A stretch of DNA of 63,982 nucleotides, filler included, from an uncultured bacterium (GTDB lineage Bacteria; CAZDME01; JAYEMH01), in the NCBI GenBank assembly GCA_964506785.1. It is 6 parts of 6 records of this genome, joined end to end, with 100 filler letters (N's around TTAATTAATTAA, not from the genome) between each part and the next. Parts side by side here need not be neighbours in the genome. Positions count along the whole stretch, not along the records: positions 24,369 to 35,170 come from CAZDME010000044.1; positions 35,271 to 45,965 come from CAZDME010000045.1; 4 more parts are not named here. The stretch is one strand, 5' to 3'. Shown piece after piece: positions 29,348 through 39,029 of the stretch. The first letter of the stretch is position 1. Each line of letters opens with the position of its first letter. A program made the position numbers and the translations under genes. The notes beneath the pieces are model-generated. The model had not been told where the DNA came from and made no database searches. It saw nothing but the letters and a program-made list of their open reading frames with translations.

Positions 29348-30113
29348 TAAAGAGAATAATAAAATAAGAATGAAAGTAGAAAATGTTAATTTTTATTACG
29401 GCCGCGTTCAGGCTTTAGAAGATATAAACTTGGATATTTACGAGAACAAAGTTACCGCTATCATTGGTCCTTCTGGCTGTGGTAAATCCACTTTAATCCG
29501 GCTTTTTAACCGGATGAACGAGCTTATTCCCAACAGCCGCTTCGAGGGTAAAATCTATTTAGACGGTAATGATATTTATCGTCCTCAGGTAGACGTGGTT
29601 GAGGTAAGAAGACGGGTAGGCATGGTTTTTCAAAAACCCAATCCGTTTCCCAAAAGTATCTATGAGAATGTCGGCTATGGTCTGGAGGTAAACGGCATAA
29701 GAGACAAAAAATTCATCGAAAGGCGAATAGTCGATTCTTTAGAAAAAGCCGCCTTATGGAAGGAAGTAAAAGACCGGCTCCACGAGAGTGCCTTGAAGAT
29801 GTCTGGCGGCCAGCAGCAAAGGCTTTGTATTGCCCGCTGTTTATCGGTTGAACCGGAGGTGCTTTTATTTGACGAGCCTTGCGCCAGTCTGGACCCGATT
29901 TCTACCAGAAAAATTGAGGAACTTCTAACCGAACTTAAAAAGGCCTACACCATCGTTATTGTCACTCACAATATGCAGCAGGCCGCCCGGGTTTCCGATT
30001 ACACGGCTTTTCTTTATTTAGGCAAGCTTATCGAATTTGGCGAAACCCAGAAATTATTCACTGTGCCCAGGAATAAGATGACCGAGGAATATTTAACCGG
30101 TAAATTCGGATAA
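29340..30113 (+). CDS. pstB: Phosphate ABC transporter ATPase
   Basis: [36 protein letters not shown]. Confidence 0.97.
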   Translation: MNNKENNKIRMKVENVNFYYGRVQALEDINLDIYENKVTAIIGPSGCGKSTLIRLFNRMNELIPNSRFEGKIYLDGNDIYRPQVDVVEVRRRVGMVFQKPNPFPKSIYENVGYGLEVNGIRDKKFIERRIVDSLEKAALWKEVKDRLHESALKMSGGQQQRLCIARCLSVEPEVLLFDEPCASLDPISTRKIEELLTELKKAYTIVIVTHNMQQAARVSDYTAFLYLGKLIEFGETQKLFTVPRNKMTEEYLTGKFG

Positions 30114-30120
30114 TCTTTTT

Positions 30121-30555
30121 ATGGAAAAGATAAAGGTTTTATTTGTTTGTCTCCATAATAGTGCCCGCAGTCAAATGGCCGAGGCATTCCTCAATTCACT
30201 ATTTGCCGATAGATTTTATGCGCAAAGTGCCGGATTGGAAGCTGGAGTGCTCAATCCTTTAGCTGTTCGCGCCATGAAGGAAGAGGGGATCGATATTTCC
30301 AAAAACAAAACTAAAAGTGTGTTCGATTTTTATAAAAAAGGGGAATTATTTCAATATGTCATAACTGTCTGTGACCAGTCTAATGCCGAGCGCTGTCCGA
30401 TTTTCCCGGGCAATGCCCGAAGGTATCACTGGAGTTTTCCCGACCCGGCTGAATTTAAAGGCAGAGATGAAGAACGCCTGACTAAAATGAGAATACTAAG
30501 GGGGCAAATAAAAGAAAAGATTGTGCTCTGGGTAAAAGAAATTAAAGAGGTTTAA
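30121..30555 (+). CDS. arsC: Arsenate reductase, LMW-PTP fold (thioredoxin-type)
   Basis: [14 protein letters not shown]-loop, TVCD....ERCP cysteine pair, HWSFPDP. Confidence 0.88.
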   Translation: MEKIKVLFVCLHNSARSQMAEAFLNSLFADRFYAQSAGLEAGVLNPLAVRAMKEEGIDISKNKTKSVFDFYKKGELFQYVITVCDQSNAERCPIFPGNARRYHWSFPDPAEFKGRDEERLTKMRILRGQIKEKIVLWVKEIKEV

Positions 30556-30578
30556 ATTTTTAGAAAGGAGGCCCAAAA

Positions 30579-31244
30579 ATGTTAGATGAGAGGATAACGG
30601 CTTTAAAGAAGGCGCTTATCGAATATGCTGCTTTAGTAGAAGGAATGATTGAAAAAAGCATAAAAGGTTTACTTCAAAAAAGAGAAGATTTATTTTTAGA
30701 GGTTCTTGAAAAAGATGAACCCCAATCCAACAGGCAGGAGATGGATCTGGATGAGATGTCTACTACGGCCATTGCCCAATTTCAGCCGACTGCCGGTGAT
30801 TTAAGAAAGATACTGATGATATCGAAGATTAACAATGATTTAGAAAGATTAGCTGACCATGCGGTCAATATTACACAGAGCAGCCAGTTTCTTATTGAAA
30901 AGCCGGCTGTCAAACCGCTCATTGATATTCCCAAAATGGCTGAAGCGGCCAGGGGTATGTTAAAGGACAGCATCAACGCTTTTATAAACGAAGATGTACG
31001 TTTAGCTAAAGAGGTATGTCAAAGAGATTCTCTTGTTGATGATTTACAAAGTCAGATTGTCCGGGAACTTATTACTTACATGGGGGCTGACCATTCGACC
31101 ATTGAGCGTTCTCTTCATTTGATGAGGATTGCCAACAATCTGGAACGCATTGCTGATTTGTCCACCAATATTGGCGAGGACGTAATTTTCATGGCTGAAG
31201 GCCGGGTTATAAAGCACCATAAAGAAGACTCTAAAGAACGGTAA
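30579..31244 (+). CDS. phoU: Phosphate signalling protein PhoU
   Basis: QPTAGDLR, DLERLADHAVNI, LERIADLSTNI. Confidence 0.95.
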   Translation: MLDERITALKKALIEYAALVEGMIEKSIKGLLQKREDLFLEVLEKDEPQSNRQEMDLDEMSTTAIAQFQPTAGDLRKILMISKINNDLERLADHAVNITQSSQFLIEKPAVKPLIDIPKMAEAARGMLKDSINAFINEDVRLAKEVCQRDSLVDDLQSQIVRELITYMGADHSTIERSLHLMRIANNLERIADLSTNIGEDVIFMAEGRVIKHHKEDSKER

Positions 31245-31329
31245 TTGCTTGTAATCGCGCCACCCGCCAGTGTTTTTTTCTTTCCTAAACGCTATACGCT
31301 ACCCGCTATACCTAAACATTAACAATCCA

Positions 31330-31358
31330 TTGACTAACTGCTTATTTTGTGTTACAAT
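31330..31358 (+). promoter_or_regulatory. sigma70 promoter upstream of the 724-aa ORF
   Basis: TTGACT-17 bp-TACAAT with TG extension. Confidence 0.65.
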
Positions 31359-31530
31359 TTTGAAGATTTCCCTCATCTACGCCGCCTTTCAACGCATGAG
31401 GAGATGTTTTAAAAGGTTGTGGTTGCCTATCTGGAAACGGTTTTTTTAACAATAATAAACTGCCCGGGAAGCTAAAGGTTCGTTTTTTTATTGTTCCTGA
31501 AGCTGAAGAAGACTTTTAAGGAGAGGTTTT

Positions 31531-33705
31531 ATGTCCAGATTGATTCTAAAGAATTACGGCGGCAGCTACCAGTTAAAAATTGAGAATGCCGATGATTTCG
31601 AAAAGATTTATGATCTTAGCGATGCCCGCTGGGCGGCCACCAGCATTCCCATTGACAGTTTGAATTGCGATACTGCTTTTCTTTCTTATGTCGATACGGA
31701 TAAAAACGGCCGTATCCGCACCGATGAATTAAAAGCTGCTCAAGGTTGGCTCTTCAAGTATTTAGCTAATCGCAGCCGTCTATCTGAAGAAAGTGATGTT
31801 CTCATCCTTGATGATATTGACACCAGCCATCCCGAAGGGAAAAAAATATATACCGCTGCCAAAAGCATTTTAGCTAATCTCGATTTACCCGATGCCCGGG
31901 AGATTAGTCTAATCGAAGTCCGGGACAGAAAAACTATTATGGCTAATGCCGCCGGTAATGGCGACGGCATTATTCCTCCGGAGGCTGCATCTAAGGCTGA
32001 TTTATCGCGGTTTATTGGTGATGTTATGGAGACGGTTGGCTCCAGGCTTGATGCCGGTGGAAAGCCGGGAATTGGTGAAGGAGAACTGCAAGAATTTTTA
32101 GCCGAGGCAGAGGCTTATCTCAACTGGCGGGCTAAAGGGGAGATTCCTAAGGGAAAAAAATTTACCGAGATTATGCCCTGGGGAAAAGAAACAGGAGAGG
32201 CCTTTGAATCGGTAGCTCGCTTGGAAGAAAAGATTGAGCAATATTTTACCCAGTGTGACATGGTTACCTTTGATGGGCAGGCTTCCACGCGGATGCAGCT
32301 CCGCCAAAAAGAACTTGAAGAAATGGATTTTAGCGATGTTTCGACGCTCAAGGCTCGTCTTAAAGAGGCGCCGCTTTCTTCACCCAATGCCAGAGGCATC
32401 CTTTATTTGGAAAAAATGATTAATCCTTTATATGCCGAGTCTCTAAATAAACTTAAAGATAATGTTTTGAAACGCGCCCTTGGGAGATTGACCAAACAGC
32501 TTAATAGGGAAGACTGGAATAAGGTCAAGGCTATTTTTATTCCTTACCGGGACTGGTTGGAAAGTAAAGAGGGGAATAAAGTTGAAAAACTGGGCATAGA
32601 AAAGCTCCGTTTTTATCTTAAAGGTTCATATAAACACGAAATAAGCAATTTTATATCCAGGGATCAGGCGGTGGCTGAGAACCTCAGCCAGATAGATAAT
32701 CTGGAAAAACTTATACTCTACCAGAGATGGTTAATGAACCTGGCCAACAATTTTGTCAATTTCCGCAATCTTTATGACCCTGAGTGTCGCGCCCTCTTTG
32801 AAACGGGAAAATTGGTTATTGACGGCCGGGAGATGACCTTTACTTTGAAGGTTCGAAATAGGGACGAGCATAAGAAAATAGCCCGGGATAGTTTTATCTA
32901 TTTAATGTATCTGGAAATTACCGGCCGCCGGGACCAAGTTTTTTCGCCAGGTTCAGAGGAATCCTCTTTGCCTGGACAAGGCACCAGCTTTGAAATTGTT
33001 ACCGCCGTAACCGCTGGCAGCGTTGGCCGGCTTCGTATCGGCAAACGGGGTATTTTTTTTACTACCGACGGCCAGGAATGGGACGCTCAGGTGGTTGATA
33101 TTGTTAGAAATCCGATAAGCCTCTGGGAATCGGTAAAAGAGCCTTTTCAGCAATTTAGTAGTTTTATAAAGGATCAGGTAGATAAGTTTACCCAATCCCG
33201 AAAGGACAAACTTGAAGGTACTGTTTCTCAAGCTGGCCCCTCGGGTATTGCCCGCGACCTTCTTCTCGGCGGGGGAATTGCCATTGCTGCTTTAGGCTCA
33301 GCTTTTGCTTATGTGACCAAGGTCCTTTCCCAGGTACGTCTCATCCATATTGCCGGCGTTTTTTTAAGCGTACTGGTAATTATTTTACTGCCCGGGCTCA
33401 TTAATGGTTTTATTAAACTTCGAAAAAGAGACATGAGTGTTATTCTGGAGGCCTCGGACTGGGCGGTAAATGTCCGAATGCGTCTGAGTGCCTCCTTAGG
33501 GGCGCTTTTTACCCGCCTTCCGGCTTTACCCAAAGGAGCCTGTAAGAAACGAAGAGACTTACTCGGCCAGTTTGTCAAAAAAATCCGTTATAGTTCCTTT
33601 GATTTTCAAAAAACGCCCAGGCTAATTTTAATTGTTCTTTTTATTTTTGTTTTAGTTGTTTTTCTGATTTTTCATTTTAAAGGAAGCTTTTATTCTATCT
33701 TTTAA
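31531..33705 (+). CDS. Hypothetical membrane protein with N-terminal EF-hand-like motif
   Basis: DTDKNGRIRTDE loop; C-terminal hydrophobic helices; AAGGAG RBS. Confidence 0.8.
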   Translation: MSRLILKNYGGSYQLKIENADDFEKIYDLSDARWAATSIPIDSLNCDTAFLSYVDTDKNGRIRTDELKAAQGWLFKYLANRSRLSEESDVLILDDIDTSHPEGKKIYTAAKSILANLDLPDAREISLIEVRDRKTIMANAAGNGDGIIPPEAASKADLSRFIGDVMETVGSRLDAGGKPGIGEGELQEFLAEAEAYLNWRAKGEIPKGKKFTEIMPWGKETGEAFESVARLEEKIEQYFTQCDMVTFDGQASTRMQLRQKELEEMDFSDVSTLKARLKEAPLSSPNARGILYLEKMINPLYAESLNKLKDNVLKRALGRLTKQLNREDWNKVKAIFIPYRDWLESKEGNKVEKLGIEKLRFYLKGSYKHEISNFISRDQAVAENLSQIDNLEKLILYQRWLMNLANNFVNFRNLYDPECRALFETGKLVIDGREMTFTLKVRNRDEHKKIARDSFIYLMYLEITGRRDQVFSPGSEESSLPGQGTSFEIVTAVTAGSVGRLRIGKRGIFFTTDGQEWDAQVVDIVRNPISLWESVKEPFQQFSSFIKDQVDKFTQSRKDKLEGTVSQAGPSGIARDLLLGGGIAIAALGSAFAYVTKVLSQVRLIHIAGVFLSVLVIILLPGLINGFIKLRKRDMSVILEASDWAVNVRMRLSASLGALFTRLPALPKGACKKRRDLLGQFVKKIRYSSFDFQKTPRLILIVLFIFVLVVFLIFHFKGSFYSIF

Positions 33706-33752
33706 AAAAATAAATAAAAGAAAAAAACAATAGGTATTGATTAAAAGACAAT

Positions 33753-35021
33753 ATGCAGAAGGCCAATTTACTTCGCGGCAGAATAATATCTTTACTTTTT
33801 GCTTGTTTTCTCTTGGGATCTTTAGAGGTATTAAGCTGGTGGATTTTTCCCTCTGAAGATAGAATGGGCGAAATACTTAGTATCCTTAAGCAGGATTCGG
33901 TTCTTTTTTGGCGGCAGAGGCCCAATTTAAATGTAATTTTTCAGAAAGTAACTGTTAAGACTAATTCGTTGGGATTAAGAAACAAAAAGGTTGCGCCAAG
34001 AAAAGCTGCAAATGTTTATAGAATTGTTTGTCTTGGGGCTTCTCCTACTTTTGGCTGGGGTGTAAACAGCCATGATACCTACCCATATAAATTAAGGAGA
34101 CTTTTAGCTGAAAAACATGGACAGCAAAGGCAGATTGAAGTTATCAATGCCGGTGAAATTGGCTACACCTCATATCAGGGGCTCCTTTTTTTAAAAAAAG
34201 AAATTTTGAATCTCTCTCCGGATTTAATCACTATTTCATATGTTCTTAATGACGTAGATAAATATCGTTTTTACAGAAGCGACGGCAGGAGTGATAAAGA
34301 ATTATCTCCTAAAAACAAAATTTTGGTGACTGTAGAGAATCTTTTAGACAAAAGCAATTTCTTCAGGAGGCTTAAACGAATCATCGTTTACAATAAAGGG
34401 ATGGCGGTTAAATACTTTGGGGAAATTAATGATGGCATTTATTCCGAGGCACGAAGGGTTTCGCCGGAAGACTATAAAATGAATTTGGAGGCAATTATTG
34501 AAACCGCTGTTCAAAATAACGTCAAAATAGTATTAGTTAAAATGCCCGTTAATCTGTCTTTTCCAGACGAGATAGCTGAATCCCTAAAGGCTAAAGCGGA
34601 CGGGCATATAATTTCTGCCTTAAGTTATGCTAGGGTTAATGAATATGATGAAGCTATTAGGGAGCTTAAAGAAGCGGTAGAATTTAATCCCTATTCAAGT
34701 AAGGCATTTTATTATTTAGGGATTTACTCCGAAAGAAAAAAGAAAATAAAGCAGGCAAAGGGTTACTTTCAAAGAGCAAAAGAGGCGGAGCTTTTTCAAT
34801 GCGGAAGGCTTGGTAAGTTTTATAATGAGACTATGGAAGAGGTATCCCATGAGAAAAATATTCCTTTAGTTGATATTGTTTCGACTTTTAAGGTTTTTAA
34901 CAGAGAAAACGGTAAGTATCTCTTCCTGGATCAAATTCATGATTCTATTCATCCCAATGCTTTAGGGCACGAGATTATCGCAAGAGCCATATACGTTTTA
35001 ACAAACAGCGTCCTGTTTTAG
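33753..35021 (+). CDS. SGNH/GDSL hydrolase with inserted TPR region
   Basis: CLGASPTFG, INAGEIGYTS, LND, DSIHPNALGH; TPR EAIRELKEAVEFNPYSSKAFYYLG. Confidence 0.85.
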   Translation: MQKANLLRGRIISLLFACFLLGSLEVLSWWIFPSEDRMGEILSILKQDSVLFWRQRPNLNVIFQKVTVKTNSLGLRNKKVAPRKAANVYRIVCLGASPTFGWGVNSHDTYPYKLRRLLAEKHGQQRQIEVINAGEIGYTSYQGLLFLKKEILNLSPDLITISYVLNDVDKYRFYRSDGRSDKELSPKNKILVTVENLLDKSNFFRRLKRIIVYNKGMAVKYFGEINDGIYSEARRVSPEDYKMNLEAIIETAVQNNVKIVLVKMPVNLSFPDEIAESLKAKADGHIISALSYARVNEYDEAIRELKEAVEFNPYSSKAFYYLGIYSERKKKIKQAKGYFQRAKEAELFQCGRLGKFYNETMEEVSHEKNIPLVDIVSTFKVFNRENGKYLFLDQIHDSIHPNALGHEIIARAIYVLTNSVLF

Positions 35022-35035
35022 TTTAAAAACTGAAA

Positions 35036-35170
35036 ATGAAAAAGATAACTGTTAAATTATTTATAGCTTTATTTAGCTTTATATTTTTCCTTACCCTTCT
35101 TGAAGCCGGTTTAAGAATTGCCGGATACCTTTATAATAAAAGGACAATTTCACAAACCGATAATTTAATT
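35036..35170 (+). CDS. Membrane-anchored protein, N-terminal fragment (probably another SGNH/TPR protein)
   Basis: TM helix ending LLEAGLRIAG; cut by contig end. Confidence 0.55.
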
Positions 35171-35270
35171 NNNNNNNNNNNNNNNNNNNNNNNNNNNNNN
35201 NNNNNNNNNNNNNNTTAATTAATTAANNNNNNNNNNNNNNNNNNNNNNNNNNNNNNNNNNNNNNNNNNNN
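35171..35270. other. Artificial contig linker
   Basis: N44-TTAATTAATTAA-N44. Confidence 0.98.
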
Positions 35271-37048
35271 GCGGGATTAGTTTTTGAACCGTAATTATAG
35301 CCGGCATCAGTAAAACCACGCGAATACCACCGGCCGTCCCAGGCAACCTTATTAATCCTATCGCTCATCACCCGGGCCTGCCTCAAGCATTCTTTTTGCT
35401 TGGATTTTTTGTTGAGCAAGCCGGCTAATTCAGCCATAATTTTAAGAGACCTGACCAGCGCCATAGCCAGCCAGACACTTTCTCCCCGGTGTTTGATGCC
35501 GGCGGCATCAATGCCGTCATTCCAATCGGCATGGCCAATTAAAGGCAGTCCCCTTTCACCAGTATCATTAAAGGTGAAATTCAAGTTTTTCTCCAGGTGT
35601 TCGAAAAGGGTGCCGGAACCGTCCTTAACCGCTCCACCTTTCCAATTTAAATCAATCTGCCAACCTCTAATCCAGCGGTCTTTTAAATAAGGAATCTTCT
35701 GGGAAAGTATTTTTTTATCGCCGGTTTCTTTTATATAAGAAGCCACCGTCGGCGTCAGCCAAATCTGGTGGTCTTTGTTGGGGCGGTGCCCGGCCGGCCC
35801 GTCTGTATCCGACCAGCCCGGAGCCGAAGTGCCGTCCTGCCGGATAAGCAAGGCAATCTTTAATATCTTGCGGCGGGCCAACTCCGGATTAATGGAGGTA
35901 ATCGATTCGGCATCCTGGCAGGAATCCCGATAGCCGCGGCCGCCGGAACTTTCGTGATAATATGAAGGAGAACGGGACCAGAAATTACAAATGTATAACT
36001 GGTATTTTACCCAGATATTGGCAATTTTATCAAAATCTTTGTCCGGCGTTTCTATCCAAACATTTTCCAATATTCTTTTCTGCCAGAGCTTTTTTACCTT
36101 TTCTAATTCCTTTTTGGCCTCATCTACCTTTCGATATTTATCTATCATCGATTTTACCGAACCAGTAGCCCTGGGATAACGCCAGGGAAATCTTCCGTCA
36201 ATCTTCATATCTTCACATAGGGTCTGCCCCATAACAATAACAAATTCTTTTGATTCTCCCGGTTTTAATTTTAATTCATGCTTTAAGAGGCCAACGCCGT
36301 CTTCACCGGAGCAAAACTCATAATTTTTAAAATTTTTCTCCTTTAAAAATTCCGGGCTGGCTTCCGTCTGAAATCGGCCGAGACTAGGCACCTTGCGGAC
36401 GGAAAAACCCCGAACCGGCAGGCTGCTCGCCAGGAAAGTCAAATATGGATTGGACTGAATATCCATATCGCCCCAGACAGCCGTTTTACGGCCAATGACG
36501 GCAGATAAATCTTTATCGAACCAGATGCGGTTATATAAATTCATAATATTGCGATAGCGAATCTCCATGTGAAAATCGCCGATTAACCATTCAACATACG
36601 GGAAAACCTCTAAATTTTTTAGACGCTTAGTCTGATTGCTGATTTTAACCAGCCAGATTTCACAGGTGTCTTTGCGGGGGACAAAATAGGTTACCTTCGA
36701 TTCGAGACCATACAAACTAGTTTCAATGGAAGTATAACCCAACCCGTGAGAAGCCCGGAAGGATTTGGGTTTAATTCTTAAAGGCTGATAGGCGGCACTC
36801 CAGGATTTTTGGGTATCTTTATCTTTCAAAAAAAGAAAACGGCCGGGACGGTCAATCTGCCAGTTACCCTGCTCCCAGCGAAGAAGACGGTCAGTGCGGC
36901 AGTCTTTATAAAAGGAATAGCCGCCGGCGACCTGCGAAATTATGGCGCAGTAATTTTCGTTGGTCAGATAATTTATCCAGGGACGGGGCGGGGTTGGATT
37001 AGTAATAATAAATTCAGTGCCGTCTTTAGAAAAATACCCGTATTTCAT
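35271..37048 (-). CDS. GH94 glycoside phosphorylase, C-terminally truncated
   Basis: MKYGYF...TPPRPWINYL, GRGYRDSCQD, GHADWNDG, GESVW, WDGRWYSRGF. Confidence 0.92.
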
Positions 37049-37099
37049 AGTTGCGTTTTTCCTCCTTACTCGTTAAACCGATTTGTCATCCACGACTTA

Positions 37100-38995
37100 C
37101 TATTTATTCCACAATTCTTTATAAACATAATAGGCTTTTCGAAGATGGCGGATAAATGGGCTTAAGGTGCCGTTGGCCTGGCTGACCACTCCCAACCATT
37201 CTTCATACATCCAGCCGTCGGGAAAAGGGCCGATAAACTGGCCGTAGCGCTCCTGAATAGCCGGATTATTTTCCGGCGGAGGGCCGGCTTTCCACCACTC
37301 GTCATTCCACTCGAAAAGGACGCCGCCTAAAGAGTTTCCCTGGCCGCTTCCAGCCATGTTATATTCGATATCCTCCCAGCAGCCCTTTAAATAATTTGCC
37401 TGTTCTTCTTCCATCCTCTGGCGCGTGTAATTACCGTGCATATAAGCCGGACAGCCATATTCGGTAATTAAAACGGGATGGCCATAAACATCCCTGACAT
37501 TTTCCCAGAGACTGCGGCCAAAACCGTAACTGCCCCGGTAGGTGTTTGTCCCAAAAATATCGACATCAGGGCAATTCTCGGCCAGTTTATCCAAATAAAG
37601 GACATCGCCGTTACAAATCGCTACCGGATGGTCCGGGTCGACGGAGTGAATCCACCTGGCCACATCATTGACAAATTTGTAATAAGGAATGGGGTCGCTC
37701 TTGGCGTTACAGGCAACACCATAATTATTTTCATTGCCGAGAATCCAGATTAAAACCCAGGGCTCATCCTTGCAGTTCATAACCATCTCTTTGACACTGT
37801 TCATCATATTCTCGCGGTGCTTAGGGTTACTATAGTCCGTTCCGGCATACCATTCCGCACCGGAGCCAATGGTATACATACCCAGATAATCGCCGACGGC
37901 ACAGCGGATGCCGTAATTTTCGTATAATTCGCCAAGCAGCTTTTTGTTATAGGCGTGATGATAAAGCCGGATGGTATTTACCCCCATATCCTTCATCAGC
38001 TGGAAATCTCCGACGGGCGGTTCGACCTCAATCTCCTGTTTATTATTGCCGCTGGTATCGATAAAGGCATCATAAGGGCCGTCAATTTTTCCGTTTTGAT
38101 TATAATCGGCAAACATCCAGTCCCGGTGGACGACTAAACTTCCGTTATCCGGAGTCAGGCCGACCTTATTAGGCGTATAGGCGACACATTTGATTTTATA
38201 GGGTTCGCCGTCAACCAGAAGCTGCCAATGTCCGTTATCGTATTTTACCAGCCGCACCTTGCCTTTTCCCCGGCCGCCGACCACCCGGTGCCGGGTGAGG
38301 TCCACTTTAGGAGGGGTAACTTCTTCGGGCGGCGCGGCAACAAGCTTGCCCGGGTCAGTAATCACAATGTCGTTATTGACATTATCATCAAAACCGTTCT
38401 CGACGACAATCTTGGCGCCCACCAGCTTTATCCCCAATTCCGGATGAATCCGGGTTAAATAATCGATTTTATCAATAGAGACCTTGCCGATATACCAGGG
38501 GGTTTTCCAGTATGTCCAGCCGACGGTAAAAGGGTAATGGACAATGACGGCGTAATAGGCCTTTATGGCCGGAAGAATCAATCCGGATTTTTCCAAAGCC
38601 AAAGCGGTATAAAAAAGTTTTACCCCCGGGTCTTCATCAGTGGTTGCCCATTTATAAAAACAGACGCGTTGATAATCGGTATTGACGAAATCCCAGTGGC
38701 TGCCTTCAAGCCACTGATGTTGGTCTAACCAGCGGTAATCCGGGTCGCGAAAGATAGAAATCTCATTAGGATAAATTCCCTCCCCAACTGCTTTGGAAAG
38801 CCCGTCGCGGTCGGTTATTTCATAAACGTACTCTCTTGTTCCCTTATTTTTAAACTGGCCGTATTTTTCGTAATCAACAATCTTCTCGGTGCCCGGGTCG
38901 TATAAGTTAATCGGCCGAGCAGGAGGCTGCCAGGAAGCAAAAGCTACTGCACTAAAAAACAATAAGATGATACTGGTTAAACATAATTTCTTCAT
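37100..38995 (-). CDS. Secreted clan GH-A (GH2-TIM-barrel-like) glycoside hydrolase with N-terminal TPR-like module
   Basis: Signal peptide; MGVNTIRLY, LGNENN (acid/base), ITEYG (nucleophile), FEWNDEWWK. Confidence 0.85.
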   Translation of the reverse strand: MKKLCLTSIILLFFSAVAFASWQPPARPINLYDPGTEKIVDYEKYGQFKNKGTREYVYEITDRDGLSKAVGEGIYPNEISIFRDPDYRWLDQHQWLEGSHWDFVNTDYQRVCFYKWATTDEDPGVKLFYTALALEKSGLILPAIKAYYAVIVHYPFTVGWTYWKTPWYIGKVSIDKIDYLTRIHPELGIKLVGAKIVVENGFDDNVNNDIVITDPGKLVAAPPEEVTPPKVDLTRHRVVGGRGKGKVRLVKYDNGHWQLLVDGEPYKIKCVAYTPNKVGLTPDNGSLVVHRDWMFADYNQNGKIDGPYDAFIDTSGNNKQEIEVEPPVGDFQLMKDMGVNTIRLYHHAYNKKLLGELYENYGIRCAVGDYLGMYTIGSGAEWYAGTDYSNPKHRENMMNSVKEMVMNCKDEPWVLIWILGNENNYGVACNAKSDPIPYYKFVNDVARWIHSVDPDHPVAICNGDVLYLDKLAENCPDVDIFGTNTYRGSYGFGRSLWENVRDVYGHPVLITEYGCPAYMHGNYTRQRMEEEQANYLKGCWEDIEYNMAGSGQGNSLGGVLFEWNDEWWKAGPPPENNPAIQERYGQFIGPFPDGWMYEEWLGVVSQANGTLSPFIRHLRKAYYVYKELWNK

Positions 38996-39029
38996 CGGCT
39001 ATCTCCTTTACCTACCTATAATAACAGTT

